A stretch of 64,000 nucleotides of DNA from an uncultured marine group I thaumarchaeote (lineage in GTDB: Archaea; Thermoproteota; Nitrososphaeria; Nitrososphaerales; Nitrosopumilaceae): NCBI GenBank assembly GCA_902608175.1, contig CACLNC010000001.1, positions 1,795 to 65,794 of the forward strand. Reading direction: 5' to 3'. Positions 58,179-64,000 of this stretch are shown here, piece after piece; position 1 is the first letter of the stretch, and each line of letters opens with the position of its first letter. Position numbers and translations under genes: made by a program. Under the pieces are notes generated by a model. It saw only the letters and a program-made list of their open reading frames with translations. It was not told the origin of the DNA and made no database searches.

Positions 58179-59627
58179 ATGGCAGATCTTACGCCCAAAA
58201 AAATTGGTGATATGACATATCAAATCGATGTAGATTCTTCTAAGGGAATGCATGTTCCTGTTACAATTTATGCTGATCAAAAACTAGTGGAAAAAATGGT
58301 TGCTGGTAGAACAATTCAACAAGCAATTAATGTTTCAACTATTCCTGGAATTCAAAAGCACTCGATTGTTTTACCAGATGGTCATGAAGGATATGGATTT
58401 CCGGTTGGTGGAGTGGCTGCTATGGATGCAGAAGAAGGAATGATCAGCCCTGGTGGAGTTGGTTATGATATCAACTGCGGTGTTAGACTTGTCAAAACTA
58501 ATCTTTCAGAAGATGATGTAAGACCAAAACTTAAGGATCTTGTAACTGATCTTTTCAAATCAATTCCTTCAGGAGTAGGTTCGAAAGGTGCTGTTAGATT
58601 GAGTCCATCACAATTAGACGAGGTTTTAGTTAAAGGAGTTAGTTGGGCAATTAATCAAGGGTATGGTACAAATGATGATGCTGATGTATGTGAAGAAAAT
58701 GGACAGATAGCAAACGCTAATCCTAACAAAGTCTCTGAACGTGCCAGAAAACGTGGGGCACCACAATTAGGGAGTCTTGGTTCAGGAAATCATTTTCTCG
58801 AAATACAAAAGGTTGCCGAGATTCATGATGAGGAAGCTGCAAAAAGAATGGGTATTGAGAAAGATAGTGTTACAATATTGATCCATTGTGGTTCACGCGG
58901 ATTTGGCCACCAAGTTTGTAGTGATTATCTTAGAATTTCTGAACAAGCACAGAAAAAATACAATATTGATCTACCTGATAGAGAATTAGCATGTGTACCA
59001 AATAAATCAGAAGAAGGTGAATCTTATAGAGAGGCAATGTTTGCTGCCCTAAATTTTGCATGGAGTAATAGGCAGATGCTTACACATTGGACAAGGAAAT
59101 CTTTTGAAAGGGTTTTCAAACAATCAGAGTCAGATCTTGATATGAAATTAATCTATGATGTTGCACATAACATAGCAAAGGTTGAAAAACATAAAATTGA
59201 TGGGAAATTGAAATCAGTAGTAGTACATAGGAAAGGTGCAACAAGAGCATTTCCAGCTAACCGAGATGAAGTTCCTTTAAAATATCGTGATCTTGGGCAG
59301 CCAGTTTTAGTTCCTGGATCAATGGGAACTGGAAGCTGGATATTACTAGGAAAGGAAAATTCAATGGATGCTAGTTTTGGTTCAACAGCGCATGGAGCAG
59401 GAAGAATGATGTCACGTACAAAAGCAAGGCGAAACTTTACTGAAGATCAAGTAAAAAAATCACTTAGTGATAAGGGTATTTTTATCAAATCATTAACTCG
59501 AGATGGTGTGGTTGAAGAAACCCCAGAAGCTTACAAGGATGTTGACGCTGTAGTTAACGTTTCTCATGAACTTGGTATTGCAACTAAAGTTGCAAAACTT
59601 GTTCCTATAGGTGTGATTAAGGGATGA
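58179..59627 (+). CDS. rtcB: tRNA-splicing ligase RtcB
   Basis: PDGHEGYGFPVG, DINCG, GNHF and HRKGAT motifs. Confidence 0.97.
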   Translation: MADLTPKKIGDMTYQIDVDSSKGMHVPVTIYADQKLVEKMVAGRTIQQAINVSTIPGIQKHSIVLPDGHEGYGFPVGGVAAMDAEEGMISPGGVGYDINCGVRLVKTNLSEDDVRPKLKDLVTDLFKSIPSGVGSKGAVRLSPSQLDEVLVKGVSWAINQGYGTNDDADVCEENGQIANANPNKVSERARKRGAPQLGSLGSGNHFLEIQKVAEIHDEEAAKRMGIEKDSVTILIHCGSRGFGHQVCSDYLRISEQAQKKYNIDLPDRELACVPNKSEEGESYREAMFAALNFAWSNRQMLTHWTRKSFERVFKQSESDLDMKLIYDVAHNIAKVEKHKIDGKLKSVVVHRKGATRAFPANRDEVPLKYRDLGQPVLVPGSMGTGSWILLGKENSMDASFGSTAHGAGRMMSRTKARRNFTEDQVKKSLSDKGIFIKSLTRDGVVEETPEAYKDVDAVVNVSHELGIATKVAKLVPIGVIKG

Positions 59628-60040
59628 GTGAAGAAGATAAAGAATTAGAAATTCTTAAAGCTAAAAGATTAGCAGAAATGCAAAAAAATCTCTCTAATCA
59701 GGAAAAACAAAAAGAAGAAAATACAGAAAAGAATACCAAAAATGTAAAATCTTCAAGAGAATATGTTCTAGATAAATTAGGACATAGGGGGCTTGAGGTT
59801 TTAGAGACAGCAGAATTCCAGTTTCCAAATCAGACTAGGATTGTAATAGAAAAATTAGGTGAGCTTATTGTAGCAGGTGAAATAAATGAGATACTTGATG
59901 GTGGGAAATTACTCATGTTATTCAGGTCAGTTGGAATTAGTGTGAGGTTAGATAATAAGATCAATGTTGAAAAAGATGGAAAATTTGTCTCTATTACGGA
60001 TAAATTTAAGGATAAGTCCGGAAAATCACATGATGAATAA
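59624..60040 (+). CDS. PDCD5-like double-stranded DNA-binding protein
   Basis: DKELEILKAKRLAEM N-terminus and L..L...G.I segment. Confidence 0.7.
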   Translation: MSEEDKELEILKAKRLAEMQKNLSNQEKQKEENTEKNTKNVKSSREYVLDKLGHRGLEVLETAEFQFPNQTRIVIEKLGELIVAGEINEILDGGKLLMLFRSVGISVRLDNKINVEKDGKFVSITDKFKDKSGKSHDE

Positions 60041-60357
60041 TGACTTACATCTATGAGGCTGCTACAACAAAATACGATGATGATAAGCTTCTTTTAAGAA
60101 AAACTATGGGTAAATTACAGAATATATGTAAAATTTCTGATGGATACATGCTAGAAGAGCCTGTATCTAAATTTGGATGGTCATTCTTTCAAATGTTAAT
60201 GAAGACAAATTTTCATTTAGCCATTGAAGAAGAATTTTCTGATATGATAAAGAAATCTAAAGGTAGTAAACCACAAGAAAAATTTACAGATTTTTTATTA
60301 AGTTATTTAGAGAATGATGGTTGTAAAATAAAATTAAAACTTCTTGAATTTAACTAA
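60040..60357 (+). CDS. Hypothetical protein
   Basis: 105-aa ORF coupled to the upstream gene (TAATG). Confidence 0.7.
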   Translation: MTYIYEAATTKYDDDKLLLRKTMGKLQNICKISDGYMLEEPVSKFGWSFFQMLMKTNFHLAIEEEFSDMIKKSKGSKPQEKFTDFLLSYLENDGCKIKLKLLEFN

Positions 60358-60899
60358 ACCCTTCTTCCTCTCTTTCCACCTTTCTTTCTAGTTGTGTCAT
60401 GAGGAATTGGCGTTACATCGTCAATTCTACCTATCATAAATCCACCTCTTGCTAAGGCTCTAATTGCAGCTTGTGCACCAGGACCTGGAACCCTAGATCC
60501 TACACCACCAACTGCTCTTACTCTAATATGTAAATTAGTGAAACCTTTTGCTTTAGCTGACTCAACAACAGTAGTTGCTGCTTTCATTGCAGCAAAAGGC
60601 GATGATTCATATCTATCAGCATTTACATGACATCCGCCAGAGCTAATTGATACAGTTTCTCCACCAGTAAGATCTGTAATATGGATTATAGTATTATTAT
60701 AACTACTGTAAATATGTGCTATACCCCATTTCACAGCTGTGTCTTTTTTTGTAATTTCTTTATTTTCTGTTTTAGTTTGTTCAGAAGGTTCTGTTGATGT
60801 TTCGCTTGTGGAACTATTTTCAACTTCAGTTTTTACTTCTGTTTCAGCAGTAACTGCCTTCTCTTCTTTTTCTTCCACATTTGTTACAGTTTCAGACAA
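60354..60899 (-). CDS. rps11: 30S ribosomal protein S11 with acidic N-terminal extension
   Basis: [16 protein letters not shown] and DVTPIPHD...GRRV motifs. Confidence 0.97.
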   Translation of the reverse strand: MSETVTNVEEKEEKAVTAETEVKTEVENSSTSETSTEPSEQTKTENKEITKKDTAVKWGIAHIYSSYNNTIIHITDLTGGETVSISSGGCHVNADRYESSPFAAMKAATTVVESAKAKGFTNLHIRVRAVGGVGSRVPGPGAQAAIRALARGGFMIGRIDDVTPIPHDTTRKKGGKRGRRV

Positions 60900-60942
60900 T
60901 ATGTACCAGCAATGTTAAGGGTTTAAAAAACATATTTGTTTT

Positions 60943-62235
60943 TCATTTAATCTTTGTATAACTTTGTTTTACTAATTCAACCATATTGTATTGAATTTGT
61001 TTAGTTTTTTCTAAATTGTTCGATTCACATGAAATTCTAATGCTATCTTCAGTATTTGATTTTCTTACTAAAACCCAACTATTTTCATCAATAATTGCCT
61101 TTATTCCATCAGCTGTACTGATTTCATCAAATTCATTTTGAAGACTTTGTTTTAACTCATTCATAATTTTATCATGAAATTTAGATTCAATTTTCACTTT
61201 TTCTCGAAGCTGATAGTATTCATTAATTAGATCAATAACATCCTCAAATCTTTTACTTTCTAACATTGAAGATACTAATGCACTTGTCAAAATACCGTCT
61301 CTACAAAAATTAAATTTTGACAAGATAAATCCAGCACTACTACCTTCACCACCAGCTTCCGAATTGGTTTGTAACATAAGATCAATAACATTGGCTTCAC
61401 CAACTTTTGATCGCTGCACACTACAACCATTTTGTTTGATATACTTCTCTATGGCAATACTAGTATCAATACTTAGAACAAATTTCTTATATCCTAATTC
61501 TATTGCTTTAGCAATTCCTAATCCCAATGTTGCATCAGATGATAATTTTTTTCCATTTCTTACAATGACAACTCTATCACCATCCAGATCATATGCGAAA
61601 CCAATCTGATTTTTATTACATTCTGAAGTTAAATCAGAAAGACTATCAGTTGTTGGATCTGGACCTCGATTACTTTGTGTTTCATTTAGAATCTTTATGT
61701 TGCAACCTATTTTTTGCAAAACTTCTGGTGCTACATTTTTTGCTGCTCCACCACCAATATCTAGTATTACTTCAGGATTTTCTTTTATTGAACCTACTAG
61801 ATTTATTGCATCAATAACATAATTAGATTCTATAAATTTTTCAGTACCTATTTTTGATTTATCTACAGTCTGATTATTTTTAATTATATTTAGTTCATCT
61901 TCATTTAACCCTCTTCCATCAATTATGAATTTTAATCCATTCCATTCAATTGGATTATGAGACGACGTTATCATAACACCTGCACCATATTTTCTAGATT
62001 CTCTAAAAACTACAGGTGTTGGTACCATACCTAGATTATAGACTTCAATACCACATTGCATTAATGATGCTACAACATTATTCATCATAATATTTGAGGA
62101 AGGTCTTGTATCATAGCCAATTACACATTTTTTAGATTTTACAAGCATAGTGAAATTATTACAATATTTTATAACATCATTTGGTGTTAAATCATCACCA
62201 AAAACACCTCTAATACCAGAAATAGTTATCTTCAC
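60943..62235 (-). CDS. Phosphomannomutase/phosphoglucomutase family
   Basis: SGIRG, TSSHNP, DLDGDR and GGEGS motifs. Confidence 0.92.
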   Translation of the reverse strand: MKITISGIRGVFGDDLTPNDVIKYCNNFTMLVKSKKCVIGYDTRPSSNIMMNNVVASLMQCGIEVYNLGMVPTPVVFRESRKYGAGVMITSSHNPIEWNGLKFIIDGRGLNEDELNIIKNNQTVDKSKIGTEKFIESNYVIDAINLVGSIKENPEVILDIGGGAAKNVAPEVLQKIGCNIKILNETQSNRGPDPTTDSLSDLTSECNKNQIGFAYDLDGDRVVIVRNGKKLSSDATLGLGIAKAIELGYKKFVLSIDTSIAIEKYIKQNGCSVQRSKVGEANVIDLMLQTNSEAGGEGSSAGFILSKFNFCRDGILTSALVSSMLESKRFEDVIDLINEYYQLREKVKIESKFHDKIMNELKQSLQNEFDEISTADGIKAIIDENSWVLVRKSNTEDSIRISCESNNLEKTKQIQYNMVELVKQSYTKIK

Positions 62236-62285
62236 TGTTAAAAACCAGAAAGGCTTTTTAAAAACTTTAAGTGGAATTGTTCAAT

Positions 62286-62359
62286 GCCTCGATAGCTCAG
62301 CCTGGTAGAGCGAACGCCCCGTAAGCGTTAGGTCGCGAGATCAAAGCTCGCTCGAGGCT
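62286..62359 (+). tRNA. tRNA-Thr(CGT) with C33 and A54
   Basis: GCCTCGA/TCGAGGC-T; anticodon arm AACGC-CC CGT AA-GCGTT; T-loop ATCAAAG. Confidence 0.88.
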
Positions 62360-62393
62360 TAAATTCATTCTACGAAGATTTAGAAAATTTGAT

Positions 62394-62489
62394 TTATTTA
62401 TTTTGGTTAGCATTATCTAAGAATGACTCAATATCAGTTTCAAGATCCTTTCCTAATCCTTCCCACCAATCATTGATTTCTTTTGTCAT
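62394..62489 (-). CDS. Possible 31-aa acidic microprotein
   Basis: MTKEINDWWEGLGKDLETDIESFLDNANQNK; alternative in-frame ATG at 62501. Confidence 0.4.
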   Translation of the reverse strand: MTKEINDWWEGLGKDLETDIESFLDNANQNK

Positions 62490-62571
62490 GCTCCCTTTCA
62501 TAGACCCTGATCAATCCTTTATAGATCTGTTGGTTTATCATCTTTAATCTAAACTTCCAGTATTAGCAAAA

Positions 62572-62745
62572 TTATTCCTGTTTTTTCTTTTTTCTCATAT
62601 AGTTTCTATAAACTATGATTGCTAATGCACCACCAGCACATATCCAAAATACTGGCCATTTCAACTCTGATTCATTTAAACCAAGAAATGAGTAAATAGT
62701 CCCCCCAATCAAACCAAGACCAATTAATTCAAGAATTTTTGACAT
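62572..62745 (-). CDS. 57-aa two-TM microprotein with basic tail (absent from ORF track)
   Basis: MSKILELIGLGLIGGTIYSFLGLNESELKWPVFWICAGGALAIIVYRNYMRKKKKQE. Confidence 0.75.
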   Translation of the reverse strand: MSKILELIGLGLIGGTIYSFLGLNESELKWPVFWICAGGALAIIVYRNYMRKKKKQE

Positions 62746-62797
62746 CTATATCAGAAATATATCAAAAAGATATATTGTTTTGTTATATTGAACATTC

Positions 62798-63010
62798 ATG
62801 GACAAGTATGCATCTGTGATTTTAGGCTGTATGATTGTTGGTATAGGCATTGCATTTGTGTCACCAGATGGTGAAATACGTGAAGAACCATTTTTCGCAT
62901 TATTTTGGGCTTCAATAATAGGTGCAATAGCGATTATAATCTATAGTTCGTACAGTGCAAGAAAAAAACAACGCGAAGCTAACAAACAAAGAAAAAAGTT
63001 TAAAAAATAA
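62798..63010 (+). CDS. 70-aa two-TM microprotein with basic tail
   Basis: Two hydrophobic helices and a Lys/Arg tail; resembles 62572-62745. Confidence 0.75.
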   Translation: MDKYASVILGCMIVGIGIAFVSPDGEIREEPFFALFWASIIGAIAIIIYSSYSARKKQREANKQRKKFKK

Positions 63011-63012
63011 TT

Positions 63013-63291
63013 TTATATTTCTAGACCGAAGGAACCTGCCAAGTCTGAGAATTTTTTATATGATTCAAGATATTGTCTTCCTTTTGGTGTAATTACAAAC
63101 ACATTCTTACCGTCATATTCAATTTTGTTCACAAGACCTGCACCAGTAAGATTACTGATAAATTTCTCTAATCTTGAATGTGAAAGATTTGCTTTAGTTA
63201 GTAATGAAGTTGTTTTAATTCCTTCTTGACCAGACTGTTCAGTAGCATACAACATATCAGCTACTATTTGCATACTTGTTCTATACACCAT
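63013..63291 (-). CDS. Winged-helix transcriptional regulator (HTH_45-like)
   Basis: YRT..QI..D.L, KANLS and ITPKG..YL motifs. Confidence 0.85.
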   Translation of the reverse strand: MVYRTSMQIVADMLYATEQSGQEGIKTTSLLTKANLSHSRLEKFISNLTGAGLVNKIEYDGKNVFVITPKGRQYLESYKKFSDLAGSFGLEI

Positions 63292-63377
63292 ACTATAATA
63301 CAACCATTTTTTCTCGGATATAAGGGTATTCTTGATTTTGAACGATCAGATAAATAAGCACCACATTAATTTCTGAC

Positions 63378-63971
63378 GTGTCACAAGACATCAAAATAAC
63401 ATGGTTTGACGAATTTTTAGGTGTTGCTTATCGATATTTTGATATTAGAATGAATATAGTATTGATGTTCTCTGAGAGGAAACCAGCAGCTAATCTGTGG
63501 ATTGAGACAATAAAATGGTGGAATGATCATACAATCAAGATCCGGTTTGTAGAGTCTGGAGATGATTATTGGTTTGTAATGGCTGCTGAATCAAGAAAAG
63601 CAAATACTAACATGAACTTTTTCAAAGTTTTACCAAAGTCAGAAAATTATGAACGATTTAAAAAAGGACATGATGGTAGTGCATTTTTACGATTTGGTAT
63701 TTACAGCAAAAAAGGGTTTGATGAGGTAAAAAAAGATCAAAAGTGTGAATGTGAACATGAAAAAGAAGATCATGAGAAAGAAGATGATAACATATGTATG
63801 ATAGAAGGTTGTAGTTGTAAAAAGTTTGAAAGTTATCAGGTTATTTTACTAAAAACAATACGAGAATTGAAAAAAACTGTAGTAGATATCAAATTTATGA
63901 CAGAAGAAGAGGCTAAAGATGATCCATTAACTTGGAATTGTTTAAACCGCCATCAATATTCTGAAAACTAA
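63378..63971 (+). CDS. Hypothetical protein with Cys/His cluster
   Basis: CECEH...H......C....CSC..F. Confidence 0.7.
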   Translation: MSQDIKITWFDEFLGVAYRYFDIRMNIVLMFSERKPAANLWIETIKWWNDHTIKIRFVESGDDYWFVMAAESRKANTNMNFFKVLPKSENYERFKKGHDGSAFLRFGIYSKKGFDEVKKDQKCECEHEKEDHEKEDDNICMIEGCSCKKFESYQVILLKTIRELKKTVVDIKFMTEEEAKDDPLTWNCLNRHQYSEN

Positions 63972-64000
63972 AATTAATCGTTATTCACTCTTACATGATC

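Noticed and set aside
60730-60899. Acidic low-complexity N-terminal extension of S11
   Set aside because: In frame, no internal repeat unit, and similar extensions are familiar in Nitrosopumilaceae ribosomal proteins.

Overview
AT-rich core-genome region of a marine ammonia-oxidising archaeon (Nitrososphaerota, Nitrosopumilaceae; probably Ca. Nitrosopelagicus-like, genus not certain). It holds the distal complex I operon (nuoD-H-I-J-K-M-L-N), a non-oxidative pentose phosphate operon with a transketolase-N/Rpe fusion, TBP, ABCE1, several aminoacyl-tRNA synthetases and ribosomal proteins, aconitase, pdxST, rtcB and the amo region (probable amoZ, probable amoY, two hypotheticals, amoB, amoC, amoX, amoA). 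RNA genes: an unlinked 5S rRNA, eight tRNAs (Leu and Trp each carry two BHB introns) and three guide RNAs read directly from intergenic DNA: two box C/D sRNAs and a two-hairpin H/ACA sRNA. Their guides point to 23S helix 69-71 and the P-loop; these targets rest on recalled rRNA consensus because the 23S gene is not in the window. Other notable items: a 12-bp palindrome and a shared 3' element in the amo cluster, a CADD-like putative pABA synthase, two genes that appear to need non-canonical start codons, a homopolymer frameshift in a geranylgeranyl reductase-like gene, several microproteins below the ORF-track cutoff and one unexplained structured element. No mobile element, CRISPR array or defence island was found.
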